DNA of 64,000 nucleotides from Spirochaetia bacterium. Its GTDB lineage: Bacteria > Spirochaetota > Spirochaetia > UBA9216. This document shows, piece by piece, positions 30,712-39,775 of the stretch (position 1 is its first letter; each line of letters starts with the position of its first letter). Under the pieces are notes generated by a model. That model was not told the origin of the DNA. It worked only from the letters and a program-made list of their open reading frames with translations, and searched no databases. Location of the stretch: the NCBI GenBank assembly GCA_963675665.1, contig OY776510.1, positions 3,040,001 to 3,104,000 of the forward strand, given 5' to 3'. The position numbers were made by a program, and so were the translations under genes.

Positions 30712-33700
30712 TAACAGGTCAATAACCAATTATTTAATCTGTATTCTGATATTACTATTTACGGCGCAGGTAATATATTCCATTGATTCCAATACCAGTC
30801 CCGATAGTTTTACTTTTGAAAAAATCCAGACGCCGGGCGTAAGTAATACCCTGCTTGAAGACCGGGACGGATTTATCTGGGTCGGCACAGATATGGGTTT
30901 ATGGCTTTATAACGGGTATGAGTTCAAGAGTTTCACCCATATAATCCCGGAGCGGATAGATGCCGGAATGTATCAGGACCATGACGGTTATATCTGGATT
31001 GGCACCGGAAACGGTCTAATTAAATTCGATCCGCTGTCCGGAGAACGAACAACCTACAGGCATGATGATAATATTTCCGGAAGCATAAGTAACCATGTTT
31101 TTCAGTATAAAAAATATACATTTTGCGAAGATCTTTCGGGACGGCTGTGGATTGCTACGGATAACGGGTTGAATTTGTTTAATAAAGAAGACGAGTCTTT
31201 TACTGCATATACAAGTGCCAACAGCGGTATGATAGATAATTTTATCACGGCAATTATTCCGTCGCGGGACGGGCTGATCTGGGTAGCCACATTCAGGGGG
31301 CTGCAGAAATTTGATCCGGTTAATAAAGAGGTGCTGCATTATTATCCGGGCGCGCCTTTTAATATGTATGCCCTCTGTGAAGATTGTCAGGGCGACTTGT
31401 GGATTGGTTCATATCTTGACGGTTTATACAGGCTTGATTACAGGTTTTCCAGGTTTTCCGAATATAAACATATCAAGGATGATGAAACTACCATCAGCAG
31501 CAATATGGTAACCTACTTATTGAATATCAATAAGTTACCCAATCTGATGTTTATTGCGACCTTTGACGGCGGCCTGAATGTTCTGAATATTAATACAGGA
31601 AAGATTACCCACTTCAGGGATGACTTAACATGTCAGGCAAAAAACGGGATAAGCGGAGATTCGCTGGCACAAATTATACAGGACAAAATGGGATCGTTAT
31701 TTATCCTTAATGAACATGGATTTTTAAACAGGATGGATCCTGAAACAAAACGGTTTTCAACTCTAACGGCTGCCGATGACGAGTCAATAAATGTTCCGAA
31801 AGCCTCATTATATTCGGTCTGGACGGATAATGACGGAAATATTTGGATGCTGGCCGGAAGAAACAAGATCAGTAAATATAATAAAGACGATAATGCATTT
31901 GTTTATCAATACAGACTTTCTGAAGATATCCTTGGTTTGGCGGCTGTCGACAATGACAATACTATCTGGATGTCGGGCGACGGCTTTATTGTAAATGTGA
32001 ACACTGATAATGGTCGTATAAATACTTCCATACCTATTGACGGCCTGAGATTGTTCGGATTAAACGATGTAAACAACAGCAATGTTCTCTGGTTTGGTTC
32101 TACCAACTCCGGACTTATAAAACTGGACAAGAATAAAAAACTTGTCAGTTATCTTGATGAGGAGAAACAGGCAAGGGTTAAAATTATCCTTGCACAGGAA
32201 GAAAGCGGGGGGTTGTGGATTTCGAGTTTTGGTGAGGGTTTGCAGAAGTTCGACACAAACAGTGAAAAATTAATCGCTGAATACAATCTTACCCTTGCAA
32301 AGACAGGTAATCCTTCAGGCTTTTTCAAGGACTCAAAAGAACGCTGCTGGGTTTCGTTTCAGAACGACGGGCCTGCTTTGTTTGATCCTGCAGACGGTAA
32401 CTTTATTTATTTTGAAAGTTATGCCGGGGCGCCATGGCCGGCAAAGGGGTCGTCCGGAATACTGGAAGACAGGAACGGCATATTATGGATAAGTGGTAAC
32501 GGAAGCGGCGAAATTGTCAAATTTGAACCGGATACGAAAAAAATCAGTCTCTATACTCAGTCCGACGGAGTTGCCCTGGGAACCTCGGGGACCTTCTGTC
32601 AACAGCCGGTTAAAGAAAATGACGGTTCATTCTGGTTTTCAGGAATGGGAGGCGTTACAAAGTTTTATCCTGAGACCGTAAAAGACAATGAATATAAACC
32701 TCCGGTCTTTATTTCAGAGTTAATGCAGAACGGGAAACGGTTATATTTAAGCAGAGATGAGAATACAATCCCTGTATTGAGAATCCCTTCTGAAAAGAAT
32801 TATTTCGAGTTTGAAGCAGTTGCTTTGAATTATCGGTTATCGGAAAATAATAAATACAAGTACAGGTTAATTGGCCGTGATAACGAATGGATTGAAACGG
32901 GCACCAGAAGAAACGGATTCTACTCCGGGCTGGAAGAAGGAATGTACCGTCTTGAAGTAATGGGATCAAATAATGATGGAATATGGTGTGACGAACCTGC
33001 GCAGTTAAACATCTATGTAGAACCCGATATTCCTGATGATTATGTATTTATTCAATATTCCGAATTAAACGGCGGCGAAAAGAGAAAGTTGAAACATAAC
33101 TCGAATAATCTTTTTATTGAAGCTGTAGAAATTGATTTCTCTATTTTAAACAGTCTAAAGTATAAATATAAACTGGAAGATTATGACGAAGACTGGAGCT
33201 ATATTATAAATGAAAGATATATTTCATATCAGAAGATACCGGCCGGCAAATATTTTTTTAAAGTTGTCAATACTGACAGTGGTAATGAAAAGAATCTGGA
33301 AATTATTATATCTCCTGCCTTTTACAAGTCATGGTGGTTCCTTTGTCTGATTATATTGGCAATTATTGTGATAAGCGGATTATTCTGGCATCAAAGTGTA
33401 AATCACCTGCGCAAAGAACAGGAAGAAATGAAAAGGCACAGGAAAGAGGAGCAGCTTCTTGATAAATCAAGAAAAGAAGCTCTTGAAGCAAGAATAACAG
33501 CGGCTACCGAGCGCGAAAATGCTGTTAAAGCTTTACAAATAAGTGAAGAAAGAAACAGTGAGCTTTTAGCGGCAATGACAGAGGGATTCATTATATCGGA
33601 TAAGAATTGGCAGCTTAAATATGCAAACGACAGGTTCTGTCAAATGATAGGTTATGGCGCAGATGAAATTAAACACAGAAATATTCTGGAATTTATAGAT

Positions 33701-34369
33701 GAAGTGTTTCAGGAAAAGTTGAAAAGTAATCTTACAAAATTAAAAAGCGGCGAAAAGACTACTTTTGAAATGCGCTGGATACGGAATGATAATAAAAGAA
33801 TAACCACACTAATCTCTTCAAGCCCTCTTGTCGGCAAGGACGGTGAATATAAGGAAAGTTTTGCAGTAATTACTGATATATCAAAGTTAAAGGAAACTGA
33901 AGAAATACTGCTGAACAGCCAAAAAGAATTAATGATGGAAAAAGACAAACTTGAAGAGGTTAATACCGCTTTAAAAGTATTGTTGAAGAAGAGAGATGAT
34001 GATATAGAAGAAGTAAAAAGCCGGCTGCAGTTAAATATCAGGAAACTTGTTGTTCCCTATACTGAGAAGCTTCTGAAAACCAGAATCGATGAACATCAGA
34101 AAAAGATGCTTGAGATAATAAACACCAACCTGTCGGATATTGCTATGGAATTATCACAGAAGCTGAAACTTGAATATGCTGATTTAACTTATTCTGAAAT
34201 CCAGGTCGCATACCTGATCCGGGACGGACTGGAGACCAAGGAGATTGCTTCTGACCTCAATATTTCAATGCGTACTGTTGAATTCCACAGAGCGAATATC
34301 AGGAAGAAGCTGGGATTGAAAGGTAAAAGTGTTAATTTGAGAGATTACCTGATGAATTTGCATGAATAG
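30704..34369 (+). CDS. Membrane one-component regulator: periplasmic Reg_prop beta-propellers, two Y_Y_Y domains, TM, PAS and LuxR HTH
   Basis: Repeated EDxDGxIWIGT.xGL blades; YKYRLIGRDNEW...YSGLEEGMYRLEV and YKYKLEDYDEDW...YQKIPAGKYFFKV; PAFYKSWWF TM; PAS (YANDRFCQMIGY...VITDISKLK); LTYSEIQVA...TVEFHRANIRKKLG. No HisKA or receiver domain. Confidence 0.88.
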   Translation: MCNNRSITNYLICILILLFTAQVIYSIDSNTSPDSFTFEKIQTPGVSNTLLEDRDGFIWVGTDMGLWLYNGYEFKSFTHIIPERIDAGMYQDHDGYIWIGTGNGLIKFDPLSGERTTYRHDDNISGSISNHVFQYKKYTFCEDLSGRLWIATDNGLNLFNKEDESFTAYTSANSGMIDNFITAIIPSRDGLIWVATFRGLQKFDPVNKEVLHYYPGAPFNMYALCEDCQGDLWIGSYLDGLYRLDYRFSRFSEYKHIKDDETTISSNMVTYLLNINKLPNLMFIATFDGGLNVLNINTGKITHFRDDLTCQAKNGISGDSLAQIIQDKMGSLFILNEHGFLNRMDPETKRFSTLTAADDESINVPKASLYSVWTDNDGNIWMLAGRNKISKYNKDDNAFVYQYRLSEDILGLAAVDNDNTIWMSGDGFIVNVNTDNGRINTSIPIDGLRLFGLNDVNNSNVLWFGSTNSGLIKLDKNKKLVSYLDEEKQARVKIILAQEESGGLWISSFGEGLQKFDTNSEKLIAEYNLTLAKTGNPSGFFKDSKERCWVSFQNDGPALFDPADGNFIYFESYAGAPWPAKGSSGILEDRNGILWISGNGSGEIVKFEPDTKKISLYTQSDGVALGTSGTFCQQPVKENDGSFWFSGMGGVTKFYPETVKDNEYKPPVFISELMQNGKRLYLSRDENTIPVLRIPSEKNYFEFEAVALNYRLSENNKYKYRLIGRDNEWIETGTRRNGFYSGLEEGMYRLEVMGSNNDGIWCDEPAQLNIYVEPDIPDDYVFIQYSELNGGEKRKLKHNSNNLFIEAVEIDFSILNSLKYKYKLEDYDEDWSYIINERYISYQKIPAGKYFFKVVNTDSGNEKNLEIIISPAFYKSWWFLCLIILAIIVISGLFWHQSVNHLRKEQEEMKRHRKEEQLLDKSRKEALEARITAATERENAVKALQISEERNSELLAAMTEGFIISDKNWQLKYANDRFCQMIGYGADEIKHRNILEFIDEVFQEKLKSNLTKLKSGEKTTFEMRWIRNDNKRITTLISSSPLVGKDGEYKESFAVITDISKLKETEEILLNSQKELMMEKDKLEEVNTALKVLLKKRDDDIEEVKSRLQLNIRKLVVPYTEKLLKTRIDEHQKKMLEIINTNLSDIAMELSQKLKLEYADLTYSEIQVAYLIRDGLETKEIASDLNISMRTVEFHRANIRKKLGLKGKSVNLRDYLMNLHE

Positions 34370-34401
34370 ATAGAAAAAGTGAAATTTAAAGTTCTCTCAC
34401 T

Positions 34402-34470
34402 ACTAGTAAAATGCCCGTAGTATTCCGGTAGTTTCCCAACGTTGACTGTCGGGAAATATGGCTTTTAAAT
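34402..34470 (+). promoter_or_regulatory. Putative sigma70 promoter with upstream direct repeats (LuxR-type activator site)
   Basis: ccGTAGT (34415) and cgGTAGT (34426) are 11 bp apart just upstream of TTGACT (34442) -17 bp- TTAAAT. An inverted repeat tttcccaac/gtcgggaaa flanks the -35. Confidence 0.45.
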
Positions 34471-34508
34471 AATAATTAAAATTACACATTTATTTTTTAG
34501 GAGGACTT

Positions 34509-35927
34509 ATGAAAGTGTTTAAATCCGAAACCTTCAAAGTCGTTATGCTATGTATTTTCATGGTTATGACGGCAGGAGTGTTATTTGCCGGAGGGCAGCA
34601 GGATGTTGCCGGAGAACGGATTATAACCGACGAAGTATTTGCACCCGAAAAGGTTGGTATGGACAGCGAAATTCTCGACGAAGGTATTTCCAGAATTGTC
34701 AATACTTATATAGACAGTAAGAATATACCCGGTGCTGTCGTTCTGGTTGCAAGACATGGAAAAATCTGTTACTTCGAAGCTTTCGGCGAAATGCAGGAAG
34801 GACAGCCGATGACCAAAGATGCTATTTTCAGTCTTGTTTCCATGAGTAAGACCCCTGTGGCAGCTGCTGCAATGACCCTGGTTGATCAGGGCAAAATACT
34901 TTTAACTGATCCAATCTCAATGTACATCCCTGAATTCGCCGAAATGATGGTTGCGGAACTCGATGAAAATGGAGAAATAGTTCTTGTTCCGGCTAAAAGA
35001 GAATTGACTCTTCATGATTTTCTGTCAATGACTACAGGGATTTTCAGACCGACAAACAACACCGGGGATCCTGCTGCTGATGCATATACCGGGGATCCGG
35101 TTATGGATTTTGTAGGCGATTTGATGAGAGATTCAGGAATTATGACAGGTTGTGACGACTATGATCTGACGATTGAAGAAAACGCGAAACTTGTAGCAAA
35201 ACTTCCGCTTATTTTTCATCCGGGTGAAGGTTTCGGTTATACCGATCCAAGTGCAGATGTGCTCGGTTACATTATTGAGGTAGTTTCAGGCATGCCTCTT
35301 GACGAATACATGGAAGAAAGTATTTTTAAACCGTTGGGTATGGTTGATTCGTCTTTTTATCCTGAAGATTCAAAGATTGAGCGGATACCTTCAATGTTCT
35401 GGGGCGGCGGACCAGGCACACCGGCAGAATTGTTAGGCGAATGGTGGGACAGGGATTTTGTTCACGGCGGTTACGGTTGTTGTCCGTTGGGGCTCGGAGG
35501 AGTTCTTGGTGAACATAAAAAGTGGTTCAGCGGAGCAGGCGGATTGTATTCAACTGCGGCCGACTTTTTCCCGTTTGCACAGATGATGCTGGACGGAGGA
35601 ATGTATAACGGAAAAAGAATTTTAAGTGAACAGTCGGTAAACAAAATGACAACAAACCAGATTGGAGAAAATCACAATTCATTCTGGGCAAACGACTGGG
35701 GTTATATGCTGGATATTCAGGACGATAATGTTGCAGATTTGCCGTTCGATCATGATAACGGTGGTCCCGGAGCGTACGGATGGATGGGTGCAGCAGGTAC
35801 CAGATGGTATGCAAATCCCAATGAAGATACAGTAATAATTTTTATGTCACAGTTATGGTTTCTGTGGAATATTCTTCCGGCAAGCGAAAGGATTGTCGGT
35901 GTAGTAAACCAGTCGATAATGGACTGA
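34509..35927 (+). CDS. Exported serine hydrolase (class C beta-lactamase/EstB-like)
   Basis: SxxK motif SMSK, HPGEGFGY, GAGGLYSTAADF and YGWMGAAGT. Spirochaete-style signal VLFAGGQQD and AGGAGG RBS. Confidence 0.88.
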   Translation: MKVFKSETFKVVMLCIFMVMTAGVLFAGGQQDVAGERIITDEVFAPEKVGMDSEILDEGISRIVNTYIDSKNIPGAVVLVARHGKICYFEAFGEMQEGQPMTKDAIFSLVSMSKTPVAAAAMTLVDQGKILLTDPISMYIPEFAEMMVAELDENGEIVLVPAKRELTLHDFLSMTTGIFRPTNNTGDPAADAYTGDPVMDFVGDLMRDSGIMTGCDDYDLTIEENAKLVAKLPLIFHPGEGFGYTDPSADVLGYIIEVVSGMPLDEYMEESIFKPLGMVDSSFYPEDSKIERIPSMFWGGGPGTPAELLGEWWDRDFVHGGYGCCPLGLGGVLGEHKKWFSGAGGLYSTAADFFPFAQMMLDGGMYNGKRILSEQSVNKMTTNQIGENHNSFWANDWGYMLDIQDDNVADLPFDHDNGGPGAYGWMGAAGTRWYANPNEDTVIIFMSQLWFLWNILPASERIVGVVNQSIMD

Positions 35928-35943
35928 ATATTTTTAAATTAAC

Positions 35944-35973
35944 TTTATCCCGGCAATTGCGCCGGGATATAAA
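35944..35973 (+). terminator. Stem-loop after serine hydrolase gene
   Basis: tatcccggc-aattgc-gccgggata 9-bp stem; weak U-tract. Confidence 0.5.
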
Positions 35974-35990
35974 ATTTGAGTGAGGAATAA

Positions 35991-36494
35991 ATGAATAAGA
36001 AAATAATCAGCATACTGTTATGCTTAATCATATCCGTATTTTTTTTACCAAATCTTTTTGCGGCACCTTCCCGCGTATCAGCACAGCCAATAGACGATGA
36101 TGTTATAAGAATCTACGCATACCGTACAGACCCGCTGGTGACTCTTGATGAGAACAATCCCGGGTTTCTGGTAGAGATAGTAAAAGAGGTTATCAGGCAC
36201 CCTGAATTCCCAGTCGAAGTCGAAGTCAGTCCTGTTGCTGTGCTTATGAAATACAGTCTGATCCAGGCTGTGGGTGTAGGTGCAATCGGTTTAACAAGTG
36301 ATTTTTCAAGTACTGACTTGAAGGACCTGAAAGAAATTCCCTTATACGAACTGAAAGGAAAAATCTATAAACTGTTTTTCAATTCTTTGAATCCGCAGGG
36401 CGTGGAATTATTCGAATCAACTGCAGAAAATGTTCAGGCTTTGAAAAGCAGCAGTAGATTTGAAGAGCTAATGAACAAGTACAAACTTAAATAA
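35991..36494 (+). CDS. Exported protein resembling a shortened family-3 solute-binding protein
   Basis: Signal peptide. PGFLVEIVKEV...VEVEVSP and LFFNSLNPQGVELFE...LKSSSRFEELMNKY resemble the N- and C-ends of family-3 SBPs, but the protein is only 167 aa. Confidence 0.55.
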   Translation: MNKKIISILLCLIISVFFLPNLFAAPSRVSAQPIDDDVIRIYAYRTDPLVTLDENNPGFLVEIVKEVIRHPEFPVEVEVSPVAVLMKYSLIQAVGVGAIGLTSDFSSTDLKDLKEIPLYELKGKIYKLFFNSLNPQGVELFESTAENVQALKSSSRFEELMNKYKLK

Positions 36495-36506
36495 GCAGGG
36501 TATTTT

Positions 36507-37802
36507 ATGATATCGGCAATAATTGCATTAATTGTTTTAATAACCGTAGTTGTATTAACGTCTACTGTAATAAAAGTCCCGGCTCCGTTTGGACTTGTAA
36601 TTTCGGCTGTGGCTGCCGGTCTTGTTGCCGGTGTCGGTTTGCCGCTGACAAATATTGTTGAGGGTTCTTTCGGTTTTTTCTATATAGTATTAACATTCGG
36701 CTGCGGATTGATTTTTGTTAAAGTCATGACTGAAATTGGATTTGACGAAGCAATAAAAAACCTGATTCTTGATAATCTCAGTGAAAAAAAAGCATTGCTG
36801 TTTTTAAGCTTGATGGCAATCCTTATGATTCCCGGCATGCTTACAGGAATCGGTTCGGTTGCAGTTATAAGCACCGGCACTGTTGTTGCATCGGTATTGA
36901 CAGGTATGGGGGTTCCAAAGTCATGGACCGCAGTATTTATTATTACCGGTGCCATTCTCGGAATGATTGCGCCGCCGGTAAATTTACCGTTGATGTATAT
37001 GGGAGTTTTGATAGCTTTGCCGTATGCGGGGTTTACTGAAATTCTCCTGCTGTTAACAGTTCCGCTCGCAATATTCTTTGCACTTTTTATCGGTTTTAAA
37101 TTTTCAGGAAAAGAATCAGTTGAAAATATGAAAATCATTCCTGCAGAACAGGCGAAGACTGACAATCCAAAAGAAAACAGAAAAAACCTGATTGTCTATC
37201 TGCCTATAACAGTTGTAATTGTGCTTTTGGTATTGGAACGCGTAATGCCTGTTTGGGTTGATTTGGGTTTGCCGCTTATTCTTTTGATAGGCGCGCTTGT
37301 CGGTTTGCCGATGATGGGGTTAAAAAGATTTTTTAATTTATCTGCAGAGGCTTTGCGAGGCCAGGGGTTTATCATTCTTATGATAATACTTACTGCCGGA
37401 GTAAAAGGAGAGTTTTTATCGTTGAGTGGAGTTCGGGGATTACTGGCGACATTTTTCTTTGCAGTTATTCCGGCATGGCTTTTCCTGCCGGGTCTTGTCA
37501 GTTTACCCCTGCTGGGAGCATTTGGCACTGTTTTCGGAGCAACCTTCATTTTGGGTTACCCTCTGGTTCTTGCCCTGTTGCCGAAAAGCAGCATTATTTG
37601 TGCAGCTGCGTTATCAATGATAGCGGCAGTAGCCGATATTATGCCGCCGACTGCATTATCTGGCAATATAGCTGCTCATCTTGTTGGAGAAAAGCTGTAT
37701 CGGAGGGTTTTTGCAAGAGCTTTATTTCCGGCGATTGTAATGATAGTTGTTGCAATTTTAGCGATTATATTTGCCGATCCTCTAAGCGCCTGGCTGACCT
37801 GA
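36507..37802 (+). CDS. DctM-like (TRAP large subunit / IT superfamily) permease
   Basis: About 12 TM segments. Motifs IPGMLTGIG, GMIAPPVNLP and DIMPPTALSG. Confidence 0.8.
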   Translation: MISAIIALIVLITVVVLTSTVIKVPAPFGLVISAVAAGLVAGVGLPLTNIVEGSFGFFYIVLTFGCGLIFVKVMTEIGFDEAIKNLILDNLSEKKALLFLSLMAILMIPGMLTGIGSVAVISTGTVVASVLTGMGVPKSWTAVFIITGAILGMIAPPVNLPLMYMGVLIALPYAGFTEILLLLTVPLAIFFALFIGFKFSGKESVENMKIIPAEQAKTDNPKENRKNLIVYLPITVVIVLLVLERVMPVWVDLGLPLILLIGALVGLPMMGLKRFFNLSAEALRGQGFIILMIILTAGVKGEFLSLSGVRGLLATFFFAVIPAWLFLPGLVSLPLLGAFGTVFGATFILGYPLVLALLPKSSIICAAALSMIAAVADIMPPTALSGNIAAHLVGEKLYRRVFARALFPAIVMIVVAILAIIFADPLSAWLT

Positions 37803-37815
37803 AAGGAGAAAGACG

Positions 37816-37980
37816 ATGAGTGAAATAATATTTATACAATGGCTTTACAAAGCGATAATAGCCTTTTTTATTGTGCTTTTTATTAAAAATATCATGGATA
37901 AAGAATCTACTGTTTTCGGCCAGATAATGAATGCTTTCATTATGATTCCATTTGTGTTGCGGCTTTTGTCAATCAGGTGA
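37816..37980 (+). CDS. Small (54 aa) two-TM protein, below the ORF-track cutoff
   Basis: AGGAG RBS then MSEIIFIQWLYKAIIAFFIVLFIKNIMDKESTVFGQIMNAFIMIPFVLRLLSIR*. Fills the gap between the permease and the deacylase. Confidence 0.7.
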   Translation: MSEIIFIQWLYKAIIAFFIVLFIKNIMDKESTVFGQIMNAFIMIPFVLRLLSIR

Positions 37981-37993
37981 TAAAGGAATAATA

Positions 37994-39151
37994 ATGAATA
38001 TAATATTCGATAAAATAAAATCAGCAGACAGAAGAGTAACCGGTATGATATTTCTGGTTTTGTCTGTAATCGCAATGATTTATACAGGCAACCAAATATT
38101 AAAGATGCATGAACCGGATATTTTGTATCCCGGGGAAGGCGTAACCGAAAAAAAGAGTCTAAGCGATTATGAACAGGGGCTTCAGAACAGCCCTGCAGAT
38201 ACAGATATTTATTTTCTTGAAAGCGGCGAACCGGGGGCAAAAGTCCTTGTGCTGGGAGGTACTCATAATGATGAACCGTCGGGGCAGTTGTCGGCAATAA
38301 CACTTCTTGAAAATGCGGTAGTAACCTGCGGCAGTCTTTATGTGATACCCCGTATAAATAACAGTGGGGCGACATATACCCAGGAAATGACAGGCCAGCC
38401 TAAATATGTTGAGTTGGAGACAGCAAAGGGGATTAGAAAAATAAGAACAGGATCAAGATATGCGAATACTGCGCATCAGTTTCCCGACCCGGATGTCTTT
38501 GAGAATACCGGTCATGCAAAATATCCCGGTCCCGAATCAAGAAATATGAACCGGGTATATCCCGGACGCACGGACGGATATCTTGCGGAGCGTGCTGCCC
38601 ATGCACTTGTGGAATTCGTTAAAAAGGAAGAAATCGATCTTGTAATAGATTTACATGAGGCAGTGCCTGAGCATTATGTTGTTAATTGCATGATTGGACA
38701 CGATACGGCAATGGAAGTTGTCGCATTCACTCTTATGAGTCTTCAGATGCAGGGAATAGATATCAAGATGTATCCGTCTCCAGATGTTCCGGGTTTTTCT
38801 CACAGATCAATAGGCGACAGTACCGGGGCAATGGTTGTCCTTGCCGAAACTACAAATATTCTTCAGGGAGCTTTCAGGGGAAAACCGACACAGGAATTGC
38901 TGCAGACCGGAAAAGATCCTTTCTACGATATACTTGTCAGGAAAGAAAAGGTATTTGTAGATTACTCATCAGAAATTGGGGTCTCATTGAGTGAAAGGGT
39001 AGGCAGGCATCTGACTACAGTTATGGAATTGACAAGAACCCTTTCTTTTTATGATCCGGAAAAAATGATCATGATTGAGAATGTCCCTGAAATACAGGAA
39101 TTAATGGACAATGGAATTGAAACATATCTTGAACCGAAATCGGACGTATAA
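37994..39151 (+). CDS. Membrane-anchored succinylglutamate desuccinylase/aspartoacylase (M14) family deacylase
   Basis: N-terminal TM; GGTHNDEPSG, NMNRVYPG, IDLHE and LAET. AAGGA RBS before ATG 37994. Confidence 0.85.
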   Translation: MNIIFDKIKSADRRVTGMIFLVLSVIAMIYTGNQILKMHEPDILYPGEGVTEKKSLSDYEQGLQNSPADTDIYFLESGEPGAKVLVLGGTHNDEPSGQLSAITLLENAVVTCGSLYVIPRINNSGATYTQEMTGQPKYVELETAKGIRKIRTGSRYANTAHQFPDPDVFENTGHAKYPGPESRNMNRVYPGRTDGYLAERAAHALVEFVKKEEIDLVIDLHEAVPEHYVVNCMIGHDTAMEVVAFTLMSLQMQGIDIKMYPSPDVPGFSHRSIGDSTGAMVVLAETTNILQGAFRGKPTQELLQTGKDPFYDILVRKEKVFVDYSSEIGVSLSERVGRHLTTVMELTRTLSFYDPEKMIMIENVPEIQELMDNGIETYLEPKSDV

Positions 39152-39174
39152 AAATATTAATTAGGAGATTACTT

Positions 39175-39756
39175 ATGAAGCAAGCAAGGAAACAGTTAAC
39201 AATTATAATTGTATTAATAATGATTTGTATTTTTCCAAACCTGTTAACAGCCCAGGAAATAAACGGCGTAAAGAATTATCCTGCACCGTTTTTAATGACG
39301 GCGGCCGGTCAAACACCGGACGCTTTAATGGTTAAAATAGTAGCCCAGAAGAATAAACTGGATTTTACTTTTGAAGCACTTGCCGAGGCAGATGATCTTG
39401 CGGGAAACAAAACTCTGGTTCTTGTAATGGGAGTGAGCATGAAAGGCCTCGGTTCCGCAGGGATTGATATGGATGAGGAATTCGATCGAATAAACGGAAT
39501 GATTGAAAAGGCAAGAAAAGATGATATCGGCATTATCGGAATATTTGCAGGAGGTGCCGGCGGAAGAGGCGGGCGTGATGAATTGACAGATTCAGTAATA
39601 GCAGAGGTCGCGCCAAGAGTAGATTACCTGGTTGTAATTAAAACAGGGGACAAGGACGGATATCTTAAATCTATTGCAGAAAAAAACAGTATTCCGCTGA
39701 CATATATGAATACAATCATGGATATGAACAAAATTGTTCCGCAAATCTTTCAGTAG
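39175..39756 (+). CDS. Exported DUF6305-like protein
   Basis: Signal peptide; TAAGQTPDA, GVSMKGLGSAGID...E..R and RGGRDELTD motifs recalled for this family. Confidence 0.7.
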   Translation: MKQARKQLTIIIVLIMICIFPNLLTAQEINGVKNYPAPFLMTAAGQTPDALMVKIVAQKNKLDFTFEALAEADDLAGNKTLVLVMGVSMKGLGSAGIDMDEEFDRINGMIEKARKDDIGIIGIFAGGAGGRGGRDELTDSVIAEVAPRVDYLVVIKTGDKDGYLKSIAEKNSIPLTYMNTIMDMNKIVPQIFQ

Positions 39757-39775
39757 ACAATCAGCAGGAGTGTAT

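Noticed and set aside
18750-35927. C45 (IAT-like), MBL-fold and SxxK genes read as a beta-lactam synthesis or resistance cluster
   Set aside because: No NRPS or IPNS. The MBL is COG1237-type and the serine enzyme has EstB-like motifs (GWMG, no YxN/KTG), so a beta-lactam role is unsupported.
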